DNA of 64,000 nucleotides from Pseudogymnoascus verrucosus (Eukaryota), in assembly GCA_001662655.1 (NCBI GenBank), contig KV460265.1; one strand, 5' to 3'. The notes beneath the pieces are model-generated. The model ran no database searches. It was not told the DNA's origin and worked only from the letters and a program-made list of their open reading frames with translations. Positions within the stretch are counted from its first letter, which is position 1; each line of letters starts with the position of its first letter. Positions 49,821-61,473 of the stretch are shown one piece after another. The position numbers were made by a program, and so were the translations under genes.

Positions 49821-51965
49821 TTACCTACCCGGAAGTGTTTGCAACGTTTTATTCTCATAAAACGTCTGCCCTCTCAAGATCCCATCGTTGTGTTTAATAT
49901 CATCCGCCATATCTGCTCCTTGTTTGAACATGCTATACCCATCTAACTTATCCGACGGCCTCTTGCGGAACCCGTAAACCAAACCCAGCACCACCGAAAG
50001 CCCCGACCACAAACAGAACAGCGCCAAAACAGCATACCCCGTCCCGTGCCCTGGAATCAGCGATGCCACAGTCAAGATCTTCCCCTTGCGAGAAGACGTT
50101 AGATCAGTGCTCTCCCATGCCGCTTCCAAGCCGGGTGTGAGGCCGTACATGCGTTGGATAGCATCTATGCCATATGCAGCCAGCACGGACCGCAGCAGTG
50201 CCTGGGAAGGGATGTAGCCTTGGTATCTCCCTAGGTTGCCGTCGGCCGATTGAATCCCGGGCAAGTGACTCGTCAGGTAGAAGTCAGCAAACCCCGTCGC
50301 GGAAAGTATTTGCTGGGCCTTATGGCCGAAAACGCCCCCTGTCTGGCCCTGGGTGTTATTGTAGGGATCGACTCGAGAGAAGTTGCTGAAGGTGGAGGTT
50401 ACGCCGTCCAGAGTGGCCGTTCCGGCGCCTGAAGATACAACACAGCGAACACCAATGGGGGCCGCTACTTCCATGATAGGTTCTAGGACAGGCTTTGGAT
50501 ACGTGTGTAATACGTAGTCGGTTAATGATGTTGGGTTAAAATAATCGCGAAGATCGGTGATAGAGGCATTCAGCTTGACCGGGAGGAGGGGTGCACCGGG
50601 TTCCGAGATTGTGAAATTTTGGCCTTGTCGGATCTTGAAAAAAGTGTTGTTACTGACAAGCGTTTTATTCTCGGATAGGAAGAAAGGACTCCCCATTCCT
50701 TCAATGACGGGACCAAGAGTAGAATTAAAGGGGAGGGTCTCGTTGGGTTTGTCGTAGTATGCCTGAAACTGGAGCTGCCACAGGGCGTATTCTAATACCA
50801 TCGACTCGGATATGTCGACTGGAATGTCATAGGCATTGCCGACTAACGTGCCATGGATTAACGTCTTGTTCCTGTACGTAGCCCCCGTAAGCGTTGAAAC
50901 ACTTATCCCCATTTCGGAATACGACCACATGTTCAGGTCGTTAGGATTGCTACTGCTGTTGAAGATCTTGATTGAAGATCCTGAAGGAGTTCGAAGAGTG
51001 ATGACGGGCCGTGTACCGGTGGAGAGACTATCCACGTTTGAAAAGATGGACACTGGCTTCTCGCTCAGAATTGTCAATTGAGAGACTTTGCTGACGATCG
51101 AGCAGTCATACTTGAGCCTAAGTCCCCATGCCTTTCCAGACACTGGTACATCAGCCTGCGGCGCAAGGAACATATCGGGAATGGACTCTGTCAGGGGTAG
51201 AGTGCTCGGCAGCTTCTCAAGGCAAGAATGCGCAGACCTGTCAATGCCTGGAGCAGTGTATATTACTCCGAAACCCGGAATAGTTGGGGTCAATCCCATT
51301 CCCCAATCAGCTGGGATCTCTTTACCTTCTATGGACGCGTTGTTGTAAGTAGTCGTATTCCGTCCTACCACAAAAGGGTTCTCCGACGCGCTGATATGCC
51401 CATCTCCCAGCTCAAAGACAAGACCAGACAGGGGAAATGCGATAAACGGGAGGATGCTCAGGAGGGCGAGCAAACACCATAGCATGTGAAACTGGCGATG
51501 GTAGACAGCTTTACACCACCCCGAAGGGCTGCTCCATGTGGTGTTGGAGTGCATCAATGTCGCGACAAGATTAGGCGCCTTCCAGAACGGCGTCTGAAGC
51601 ATGGCAACCTCCACGCCAAGAAGACCATACTGCGCCCATGACAAGCCAAAAACACCAATGATGAACCAGGAGTAGTAAATCAGAGACCCAGAGAAGGTGC
51701 GGTATTTGGCAGCATCGTCGTTCTCAATGCCCAATACGAGCCGCACCCAGATGATGCCGTACCAAATTGTGATGATGGGCGGGATCAAGATCAAGGCAAG
51801 GGTTCGCATCCAATACCTCTGGAGTTGCTGTGGTTTGGCTGTCTCGGTACGGCCATTTTCTTGGATTTCGTGGCCATCGATTGCGAACTGAGGCTTTGTC
51901 TCAGAACCCTCACTATCTTGTAGAAGGTGGTCAGTCACGGGGTTCGGAGTGACAGCGGGCGCCAT
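49821..51965 (-). CDS. Hypothetical integral membrane protein (714 aa)
   Basis: Long intronless ORF with about three N-terminal TM segments, a large domain rich in N-glycosylation sequons, and one C-terminal TM segment. Confidence 0.75.
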   Translation of the reverse strand: MAPAVTPNPVTDHLLQDSEGSETKPQFAIDGHEIQENGRTETAKPQQLQRYWMRTLALILIPPIITIWYGIIWVRLVLGIENDDAAKYRTFSGSLIYYSWFIIGVFGLSWAQYGLLGVEVAMLQTPFWKAPNLVATLMHSNTTWSSPSGWCKAVYHRQFHMLWCLLALLSILPFIAFPLSGLVFELGDGHISASENPFVVGRNTTTYNNASIEGKEIPADWGMGLTPTIPGFGVIYTAPGIDRSAHSCLEKLPSTLPLTESIPDMFLAPQADVPVSGKAWGLRLKYDCSIVSKVSQLTILSEKPVSIFSNVDSLSTGTRPVITLRTPSGSSIKIFNSSSNPNDLNMWSYSEMGISVSTLTGATYRNKTLIHGTLVGNAYDIPVDISESMVLEYALWQLQFQAYYDKPNETLPFNSTLGPVIEGMGSPFFLSENKTLVSNNTFFKIRQGQNFTISEPGAPLLPVKLNASITDLRDYFNPTSLTDYVLHTYPKPVLEPIMEVAAPIGVRCVVSSGAGTATLDGVTSTFSNFSRVDPYNNTQGQTGGVFGHKAQQILSATGFADFYLTSHLPGIQSADGNLGRYQGYIPSQALLRSVLAAYGIDAIQRMYGLTPGLEAAWESTDLTSSRKGKILTVASLIPGHGTGYAVLALFCLWSGLSVVLGLVYGFRKRPSDKLDGYSMFKQGADMADDIKHNDGILRGQTFYENKTLQTLPGR

Positions 51966-53038
51966 CGCTGGAGATGAGAGGAGACACTTGGTGTGTGCGC
52001 TCGTGGACGAGGCATGGCCGATTTCTTATAATTCCGACAATCTGAAGTGGCAGGAATACGCGCTGCAAAGCAGCATGGGCTGAAGGGCTGAAATAACCGT
52101 CTGGGGTTTTGGCCAATAATACGAGTATCGGCCATGCGAAAGGATGCACACTGGCACAAAGACGGAATGTTTTTCTCCAGTGTATGGACCCCACGACAAG
52201 GGTGAGACCGGGTGAAATGCAGGGTAAGCTAGGCATTAATGCATGATGCTAGAAATAGACCCTGAGTTTAGTGCAAGGTACTCCCGTACAAATTTGTAAA
52301 ATCCACGCATTTTGTAGATCTTCATTATAGGATTGACTCTATTCAGTCTTTATCAGAATACCTATTCACAGTAGTAACAACTTCCACGTACTATTTCCAT
52401 GGCATCTTAACACTCTTGCGCATTTAATATCGCCCTGTAACACGTCATAACTCCAGACCCACCTCCTGCCTTCAAGTCGCTGCCCACCATATTTCAGGGG
52501 AGCCAAGAGTTCGCAATTAGACCCACACCATGGTCTTGGTACGCGGAGTTGCCGACGAGGTTCTTCGCAACCCAAGTACGAGGAAACATTAAATTACCGT
52601 ATTATAAACTTTATTTAATAGACTACGAAGTATCATATATATATAAATCTCATGATAATTTACTAGTACTTGGCGCGGAATGATTAGTTTGCTGCGAGAG
52701 CAATAACAGGACGAGAGCCGTCAGACAGGCGGACCGACCCGTGAGTTAGTCGTGTGTCGGTTCCCCAATTGGAGACGGCCGTAAAGAAACATCATCGTGA
52801 AGGCCTCGGTACTCCAATGGCGGCGACGTTCACCTCCAAGCTTAATTAAACTTTTCTATGGAGCTCGTGGGTGGTTAAGTGTGTATATTTCGCGTAATAA
52901 AGTTCAATTTCAATATATATAACAAGTGTACAAAAATATAGCAATTCCCCCTCCTTCTCATCGCCACTTCATTTTCCCCTCAGTCAAGTCTACCAAAGAA
53001 ATCTATCACACATACCCAGCTGAATCCCAATAACCATC

Positions 53039-53785
53039 TTAAACCTCGATCTCCTCCACCTCGTCGGCGTAGATGCCGCGGTCTGGAATTTCCTCGAACT
53101 CATCCTCCTCGACATCACGCTCTGCAATCTCCTCTACCTCTTCTTCGTCGATATCGCGGGCTGTGATCTCTTGCACCTCCTCAGCCTCAACATCACGCTC
53201 TGCAATCTCCTCGACCTCATCGGCATATATACCACGGTCTGGAATCTCCTCGAACTCACTTTCCTCGACATCGCGCTCTTCAATCTCCTCCACCTCCTCT
53301 TCGTCGATATCACGAGCTGTAATCTCTTGTGCCTCCTCAGCTTCGATATCACGCTCAGCAATATCGTCCACCTCGTCGGGGTAGATGCCACGATCTGGGA
53401 TTTCCTCAACCTCATCTTCGTCGATATCGCGGGCTGATATCTCCTGCACCTCCTCCGCTTCGATGTCGCGCTCTGCAATCTCCTCGACCTCGTCGGCATA
53501 GATACCACGGTCCGCGATCTCCTCGTCCTCATCCTCCTCGACATCAACATCACGAGCTGTAATCTCCTGTACTTCCTCAGCTTCGATGTCGCGCTCTGAA
53601 ATCTCCTCGGCCTCGTCTTCCTCGACATCACGCTTCGCAATCTCTTCGACCTCGTCCTCCTCGATATCGCGTTCTGAAATCTCCTCGACCTCATCGGCGT
53701 AGATACCACGATCTGCGATCTCCTCGACTTCCTCAACCTCGATATCACGAGCTGCAATCTCCTGCACCTCCTCAGCCTCAACACC
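53039..53785 (-). repeat. Coding tandem repeat: 19 units of about 39 nt (13 aa, e.g. DIEAEEVQEITAR, GIYADEVEEIAER)
   Basis: Directly visible in the DNA and translation; units form higher-order blocks of three to four. Confidence 0.92.
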
Positions 53786-54445
53786 GCGCTCCACACTCTT
53801 CTGCACCTCCACCTCCTCATCCTCAACATCAGGTTCAGCAGTCCACTCCACATCCTCATCCGCCTCAATATCCCTCTCCTCAACCCCCGCACCAACATCC
53901 ACCAAGCGTCTCACCACCCGCTCCCCCTCCTCAACCCCCAACTCCGGCGCCCTAACCACCTCCGTATCCGAGATCTTCTCATACCACTCCCCATCATCAC
54001 CCCTAATATACACCTTCTGGTTCTCCTCTGCACCCGCTTCCTCTCCCTCCTCCCTCCTCAACAACTTCGTACACTGTACATACGCGCTCTTCATCGTCCT
54101 CCCCTTCGCACTAAGCTTGCTAAGCGTCCAATGCGACTTGCTCCTCCCCACCACCGAGCCACCACAATTATCATTCGTGTTGAAGAAAATGGTGCAACCC
54201 GCGTTGACGCCGAGGTAGCCGCCACCGACCGTAAAGATGAAGGAGCGCACGTTGTTGGGAAAGTTGACGCAGTGCGGGCCCCACCCGGACTTGGTCACAT
54301 CGTAGGCTTTGTTGATGCAGTTCTCGGATTTGTAGGTGGAGAGGCGCCATTTTTGCTTGAAGACGCCGACGTCTTGGAATTTGCAGGTTGCGTCGGCGAG
54401 GCCGGCCGTGACGGCTAGGACGGGGAGAAGGACGGTGAGCTTCAT
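53039..54445 (-). CDS. Secreted protein: small basic 6-Cys domain, LLRR site, long acidic repeat tail
   Basis: Signal MKLTVLLPVLAVTAGLADA; intronless 468-aa ORF; TATAAG upstream on the minus strand. Confidence 0.85.
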   Translation of the reverse strand: MKLTVLLPVLAVTAGLADATCKFQDVGVFKQKWRLSTYKSENCINKAYDVTKSGWGPHCVNFPNNVRSFIFTVGGGYLGVNAGCTIFFNTNDNCGGSVVGRSKSHWTLSKLSAKGRTMKSAYVQCTKLLRREEGEEAGAEENQKVYIRGDDGEWYEKISDTEVVRAPELGVEEGERVVRRLVDVGAGVEERDIEADEDVEWTAEPDVEDEEVEVQKSVERGVEAEEVQEIAARDIEVEEVEEIADRGIYADEVEEISERDIEEDEVEEIAKRDVEEDEAEEISERDIEAEEVQEITARDVDVEEDEDEEIADRGIYADEVEEIAERDIEAEEVQEISARDIDEDEVEEIPDRGIYPDEVDDIAERDIEAEEAQEITARDIDEEEVEEIEERDVEESEFEEIPDRGIYADEVEEIAERDVEAEEVQEITARDIDEEEVEEIAERDVEEDEFEEIPDRGIYADEVEEIEV

Positions 54446-55699
54446 TTTTGTGTTGGTAGGTGGGTGTGTTTGGTTTTGAGTGAAGGGAGATGTGTGAGAT
54501 GTAGAAACTTATTCTCTGAAAAAGGAAACGGTAAAAGATGAGAGAAAAGTCTCATACTTATACCCCAGCCAAGCCCTCAAAACTGTCCGTCAAGAAGACA
54601 TCTTACACCCAAATTTCCCACTTACCTTCCTCATCAAGCTTCAACTCCACGAGTTAGCCCAGCTGAATCCAAACCATGAACAACTCCCACCCTCCCACTC
54701 ACTCATTTCCTAACAATCCCCTCACAATGTTTCCCCAAGTCGGGTAAACAATTCCAGCCCTCAGTGGCTGCGCAGGCACACTTCCCCGCGCTAACCACCG
54801 GTCTGCCTCGCGGAAGCGGGAGCTTATATGTTTTAAGAAACGAAACCGTGGAGCTAATCTCGACGCCATGCACTGCTTACCCGCACCTCATGTCTGCGGC
54901 AGGGCGCACCGCTATATAGTTCTGGGGTTCTCATCGTGCGGTCGCGTGGTAATGAATCGTACTTGCCAAACCCACACCGCCCCACAGCGATCACCACCAT
55001 CCCTGCACTGGTGAGGCGATCCGAATGTATGCGCACAAGAGAGAATGCTGGTGTTGCTTTAACCATAATCTCTCGCTTTCTAGACCTGTAAAAGACGGTA
55101 AGACGGAGTAGCAAACTCCCCATCCCCATTCGCCGTTACGGAGTTAGGGTTAAGTTAACATACTGATGGGAGGGGCGATGCGACGCGATGTGATACCAGG
55201 CACTTACTGAACCGTGCGCGAGGCTGAAGGCAGGCACAGCCGTCCCGCGTGCAGTTATTTATAGAATTGGCGGAGGTGTGGCATGTAACGATGGCAGGGG
55301 GTGGGAAATTCCGTGGGGCAGACAGTTGCAAACAACCAGGATGATAATCTCGGAATGTTCGTCCGTCTTACGCGGCTGAGCAATGAGAGCCAAGTAGGCA
55401 AGGCTGATAAACAATATGAACCATAACACAAGGTAGGTAGCATGTTTATTTTATGAGATGGACAAATTTCTACGTGATCAAGGAGGATACGCAGTGTGTT
55501 GAAAAGGATACCAAGAACATCGATGTGGATAGAGTAGTATCCCCGCTACGGACCCATTCCTCCACCCCCGTTCCTCCTCACAGCGACTCAAGACCAAAGC
55601 CATAAAACCAACAGGATCCTCCGAGGGGCCAGCACGGCAACAAATGCTAGCTATAACGAAGTGTTGGTATGGCGGGAGTAGTATCACCGGCCCGAAGCT

Positions 55700-56571
55700 C
55701 CCTATGACACATCTCACTGCCGCCCAGGAACAAATCTCCGTGGATGATACGCCGTCCAAATGACGGGAGTATAGTATGGCGGCAGTGAGAAAGCAACGAC
55801 AGCACCCTACGACGGTGACAGGAGAGCGACAACAAGACATCACCAGCCACCGGTGACAGCCACGTCGATAACCCACGCTCGCCTCCCACATCTCATCCAA
55901 CGGCACCTTTCCTGGCTTTAGTATTCCCCCCTCGATTTCGCACCCGACCACAGCCACATCCTTCGATGGCTCCAGCCCCTTTCGCATCTCGGAGGTTTGC
56001 TGCGATACTTATCCCTGTGTGAACCCTCCAAACCCCAAGAGCCCAGATTTCGAAAGTTCGATGAGCATCGTGGAGAGCGGGATATTGTAGAGATGAGGAA
56101 TACCACATGTCCGGGGTATCTGCTCCGATTATCATCTTGAGTGTCTCTGGTTTAGATGCATGAGGCGCAAGAAGTACGTATCATGGTATCTACAGTAGAG
56201 TAAAAAGACTCAGTGAGCAGAGAATATCGAGATTCCCCTCCCTGCCTGCTTCAGACTAGTCTCCCCGACGCATCTCCGAGCTATATCTACCTCCATCCTC
56301 TCTATCCCTCAAGGAGACAACATACAGTCAACCAAACCCTTCAATGCGCGGGTTGATGCCAGGATGGAAAACTAATAACCCATAACCCTCTATGACGCAT
56401 CCCAGCGTCTTCTAGCCATGGATTCTGTCGGAAAATACGCTGGGAGTGACAGCAATAGAACCTGACGGCGAGAAAACAGCGACAGCGAGAGGATAGTGAC
56501 AACCAAATGTCACTGGCAACCGGTGACAGCCACGTCGAAAACCCACACCCCCAGCCACATATCATCCAACA
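55700..56571. repeat. Diverged direct repeat pair (about 55700-55901 and 56390-56571)
   Basis: Shared core ACCGGTGACAGCCACGTCGA(T/A)AACCCAC...CCACAT(C/A)TCATCCAAC plus weaker upstream similarity. Confidence 0.6.
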
Positions 56572-56864
56572 GTTTCGTATGAAGAGCGCCTCATATTTGC
56601 AGCCTTTGACCGCATCCCAGTGATCAAAGTAAGTTGCAACTTCGCAAGATCTGACGCTAATCCTTACTGCTGGCCGCTTCTGAACAGGAAGAGTTCTCGA
56701 AAGTACAGTACACTGTACTTGCAGACGTCTCTTTACTTATTTTTTGGCGGAAGCGAGGAAGGTAGGATCAAAGTGAAGGGTTTGAGTGATTAGATTAGAC
56801 CCATGAGGAAAGAAGTTTTTATTATTGTGGTAGTTGATACTAGTATGTGTACGAGTTTATATAT

Positions 56865-57536
56865 CTACCCCGAAATCTCCTCTAAACTCCCCTTCTCAAT
56901 ATCATAAAGATATCCCTTAATATTCTCCTTCAACTCCTCCCTCACCAATTTACTCTCCTTGAGGAATTTGATGTCTCTCACAACACTATTGGGGAGATCA
57001 CTAACGGCGCCAAAATCAACACTCTCCACCTCCATTTCTGCCGCAGCCCGAGGGTCCCGTTGTGTGAGAACACCGCGCACCTGTTCGTTGGTGAAGTGTG
57101 TACTTCCACAGTCTGTATGGTGGATTACCATGACTTGTTTGAAGGTGATCAGGTTGTCGAGGGCGAGTATGTCGTTGAGGAGGGGTTTTACTTGACCCCC
57201 TACGTTACGGAGGATTCCAGCTTCTGTTAATTGTTAGCTGCCAGGTTAAGTAAAAGAAATTGAAGAGGGGGATGAGAGGGAAATAAAATACGCACCACCG
57301 AAGTTGAGACCTAAGATGTAGGAAGGGTCGCTGCGAGGGTCGGCACAGGCGACGACGAGGGTTTTGGCAACGGCGATTTGGTTCTCGGCTAGGAATTGGA
57401 ATGTCGGTTCTGGTTTGTGAGATGCCATGACGGTCCTGTTGTGTTTGATTAGTGCTTGAAGTTGGGGGGGGGAGTAGGTGGAGAGGACGGACTTGTTGCG
57501 AGCTAGAAGCTCTTCGATGGTGATTTTTTCGGCCAT
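56865..57536 (-). CDS. Beta-class carbonic anhydrase, clade D-like; 3 exons
   Basis: CADPR (CxDxR), RNVGG, HHTDCG (HxxC) and GYLYDI..G motifs. Confidence 0.9.
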
Positions 57537-58095
57537 TTTGAATTGGGTCGGTGTTGAGTTTTGTTTGGTTAAGCTGATAGTTAGATGGATCTTTGAATTG
57601 ATGGTCAGAGAATTTGTTGTGGAATGGATACTCTCAAATGTGGGAATGTCTGATGTTTATATACTCAAGCATGGCTGTCGTCGAGTCCGTACCAGGCTGA
57701 ATCCTGAGGAGATGCAGAGTAAGCATTTCCAAAATGAAACGAGATTAGACATGATTAGAAATATTCCTTTTAATTATTTGGAACAGTAAGTGGTTCAGAA
57801 TCAATCAGATTCTACATCGAGGAATCAAATTGCTGCATAAGTTCACAGCTTACGGGAAAATCAACGCTATGCCTAAAGGAGGCAGTAGTACCCTGGTCAT
57901 TTCCCCAGCTTCACGAATCATGACGATTCCAACCTCTTAACAACATGTTGACAAAGCGCATGGGCACGCCGCCTCTGACCTGATCCTCGGCTTGATTACG
58001 ATGTACATGATATATGAACGCCTCGCATCACTTGCGTAAGCTTTTTCCATCTCTTATTTGCCAGGGTACTACTTTCTCAATCGCGACTAGCCGGC

Positions 58096-59709
58096 ATGGA
58101 TGATGCGTTTGTCTTCGTCACCTCAACTGGCCGGCCAGATCTAGCAGAGTCAAAAGTGGATAGACGCAAGATTCGCCGCCATGCTATGCACGGTATTGCA
58201 ATCGCTCGGCGAGCGAAGGGTGACTATGGACAGCATAATCGGCGACAACTTCCTCTCTTCCTCGAGCCTACTGCAGACAAGGAAAAGGAAAAGGAAAACA
58301 CATCTCCCCAGCAAGAACTGTTCAATTCGGCACTAGAGGCCGTTTATATGATACCCCCGCCTCTCTCAGCACAAGGCTACGAGCTCGCAAAACTCACGTA
58401 CGGTTTCGACATCCTCTCACTATCTGCCTTAGCTTCCGTGCACCTCAGTAGAGCCTTTGTCCGAATCCTAGCATTCAGTCCCGCGAATCTGCAGAAACTA
58501 GCCCAACTGCGCCAGCCTTCGTGGCTGGACTTCGTCCCTGCGCGGTATTCGGAAAGCAGATTGCTCCAGGCTGCTGTCGACTGTACTTTAGCTCGAGCGC
58601 ACCGCTCGCTGCATCCGGATTGGGGGATCTCGGAAACCGCGGTGATCAAGCTCTACCTGAAAGCCCTGTCTGAGCTGCAGGAAGCGTTGGGGGATGAGCT
58701 GGAGGGACGATGGGCGCGTCCGGATGTGCTATGTGCGACTAAAATACTCGCGTTTTATGAGGTAAGGGGGCGCGCCGCATTGGAAAGTTGAAAAGTGGTC
58801 ATTTTTGCTTACAGTAGTTACTTAGTTTCTGCAATTCTCCCAGTTAGGACGGTGGCTCCACCATATTGATGGTACGCGGAAGTTGATGAGACTTCGCGGC
58901 CCGGAAAATTATTCGTCGGATTTCGAGCAGCAGATGTTAATGTCTCAAACGGGCACGATCGTGAGTAAACTGTTATTTAACATATTATATGTGAAATGGT
59001 TTTTGTTAATTGGTACTAGTTTCACGAATCCATGTCTATCGGTGAAGACTGTTTCCTCGAGGAGCCAAAGTGGAAAGCACTCCTGTCATCAATCGCCGTT
59101 GTTGAGAGACCAACGAATATAATAAAGAGTCCTCCTGATTGCCACCCCATACTCTCCTCTCTCTGGATACACGCCAGCCCAACCGCCCGTCTCTTCAGAC
59201 AGACAAGTGTTTGCATCATTGGTACCGGAGCTGATGACCCAGGAACGATCCTACAATTAATCCTCGAAGCGTACCAGACCCGCCAAAATCTCCTCACCTG
59301 GCGTGAAAATTTCACTAAATTCGCCGCTGGGCGGCAGGCCGACCGGTACAGATCCAGATTCCGCGAACTTCTCGGAGTATCCCTTGCTGTGCAAATCGTG
59401 CTCAATCGTCTGATCGTAGCACTAGAGCCTCGTGCAGCAGAAGCGAGGACGTTTGAAAATGAGACACAAGAATTTGCAGATCGAGTTATTGTGCTCTGCG
59501 ACGAGGCGGCGAAGGAAGCCTTGCCTACAGCTAATATGCTCTTGGCTGAGAAGAGGGGTATTGCAAAGGCAGCGAAGGAGAGTGGAGATGATTGGATGGG
59601 GGCTGTCTTGGGTGGAACGTATAGGACTTGTCGAGGGAGAAAATGTGTGCCTGCAGCTGTCTTCGAAAAGTGGTCTATTTCTCTAAGCAGGCGGGATGTG
59701 GAATGGTAG
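58096..59709 (+). CDS. Fungal transcription-factor-like protein lacking an obvious Zn cluster; 3 exons
   Basis: FVFVT...RRKIRRHAM N-terminus; LY.KAL.ELQ.AL; CAT.IL..YE; WLHHIDG...LMRLRGP; canonical introns. Confidence 0.72.
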
Positions 59710-59809
59710 ATAGCTAGATGGCCACATAATTAAGCATCATCCTAAGCCTGGTCAAGAACATCCTTCCCGCGCCTAATGATGACAGTAATACATAGCTAGG
59801 CTGACTCCT

Positions 59810-59982
59810 TCGTAATTATTATAGTAATTAATATAGTAACTTAGCTTACTATTATCTATACAAAGCTTATCTAAGCTACATACCTTTATATAGCTAGCTT
59901 TAGATTCTTAGATAATAATGTTTAAGAAGGGGTTAAGATAAAAAGGAAAAGTAAAAGTAGATAAGTTATGAAACTTTAATTA
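59810..59982. other. Short AT-rich, TpA-rich tract, probable RIP-degraded repeat relic
   Basis: Abrupt switch to TA/TAG/CTA-dense sequence with few CA/TG dinucleotides. Confidence 0.4.
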
Positions 59983-60867
59983 ATGGGCGGGGTGGGGAAA
60001 GGGTCTAGGGGGGGTCTGTTCTAAGAAGTGACAAGTGACCACGCGTTTTGCGTTGTGTTTTGATGCTGTGGGTGGTAAGGCAAGGGGTAATAATTTGTTC
60101 CATACAGCACTATCGACAAGACACACAGGAAATAAAAATGGTATGAGGGTGACAACAGTGGTAATCCTTCCTTCCCCCCCCCCTTTCCCCACACCCCGCC
60201 TTACAGCGGCAGGGTAGAAAGCAAAGGGGCGAGTAACTGGGTATATAACTACCCCCATAAAACACTCCTTCTCTCATCCTCCCATCCTGTCATCCATATC
60301 CATCCTACAAACCCCTCCCAGAAAGTATCCAGCCGCAAAAAAACGCCCAAGCCATCCTTCCCAATCCATCCCATGGACGAGTAAGCTCTAGGCCTCGCAC
60401 CGAAACCAAAACCAAATCCTATCTGGAAAAACGCCACAAGCCATCCTTCTCGCCCCCCTAGCCGTGAGGCACGGGGCGAGTAAGCTCGAGGGTATATCTG
60501 TATCTATAACGTCGTCGTCGTTCGTCGTTCGTCGTACAATGCAAGTAAGTGCGCGGTGAAGAAAGCCATCCTTCTCGATCCGTGTCTGTGGACGAGTAGG
60601 CTTTGGTGAAACGTCGAAGGGGGAAAATCGTTGAAAAAAGTCGAATGAAAATGGGCAAAAAAGGTGTGAAGTAAAGGTGTGTGGTGTAGGTAAAGGACAG
60701 TCGAGAAGTGAAGTGAGGGTGAATGAATGAGTGTGTGTGAGAAGGGCGAGAAAAGGAATGTTTCAGCCGAAGAAGAGGAAGATGATCGCAAGCAGCAGCT
60801 TCACCAGCGTCGGAACCATCATCATCCCCGCCTCAGCGCAGCACCCCACTCTCATCATTTAGGAGCT

Positions 60868-61473
60868 CTAAATCGCCTCCCAAGCCCCCCCCACCTCCCC
60901 CTCCACAACCTCTCCCTCTCCCTCCCCCTCCACACTCTCAGCCTTCCCCCTCCTCCTCTTCACCTTCTCCCCCTCCCCATCAAGCACCTCATACTCCGCC
61001 CGCACAATCCTCTCCGTCTCCCTCTCCCTAAAATGCATCTCCGCCTTCTCCACAAGCCCATCCAACCCCACCGAACTAGCCGGACTAGCCTCACTATCAT
61101 ACGTATAAAACACCGCCTCATCACCCACCGGTACGCCTGGGGGTAGTCCGACGCTATCATACATCGCCTCGAGATCGCCGGAGGTGCTGGAGCAGGAGGT
61201 ATCAGCACACTCCATCCATGCGTGTGCTAGTGCTGTGCCGCGCGAGGGGATCGGGCCGCGGGTTATGCGGGGTTGTTTTTGGGGACGCGGGATGGGGGTT
61301 GAGATGGCGCTGGCGGGGGAGCTGGATGTGGATGTCCAGTGCACGGGGATGGTTTGGACGGTGTGTCGCCACTTCTCGGCTTGGGCGTGGGCGCGGCGCG
61401 GGGCGACGGAGGGGGCGCGGAGGTCGGAGTGGAGGGTTGCGGAGGTCATGGAGTTGGTGATTTGGTCGGTCAT
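60868..61473 (-). CDS. Hypothetical fungal protein (201 aa)
   Basis: ATG preceded by an A-rich leader and upstream TATA-like run; C-to-G codon gradient like other genes here; C-terminal FYTYD...LVEKAE..F.ERETERIVRAEYEVLD segment looks protein-like. Confidence 0.6.
   Translation of the reverse strand: MTDQITNSMTSATLHSDLRAPSVAPRRAHAQAEKWRHTVQTIPVHWTSTSSSPASAISTPIPRPQKQPRITRGPIPSRGTALAHAWMECADTSCSSTSGDLEAMYDSVGLPPGVPVGDEAVFYTYDSEASPASSVGLDGLVEKAEMHFRERETERIVRAEYEVLDGEGEKVKRRRGKAESVEGEGEGEVVEGEVGGAWEAI

Noticed and set aside
53039..53785. Regularly spaced repeats resembling a CRISPR array
   Set aside because: Eukaryotic, in-frame coding repeats with synonymous variation and no unique spacers or cas genes.
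56701..56720. AAGTACAGT-AC-ACTGTACTT hairpin
   Set aside because: A 9-bp stem downstream of the carbonic anhydrase gene is plausible by chance in 64 kb and has no supporting context.
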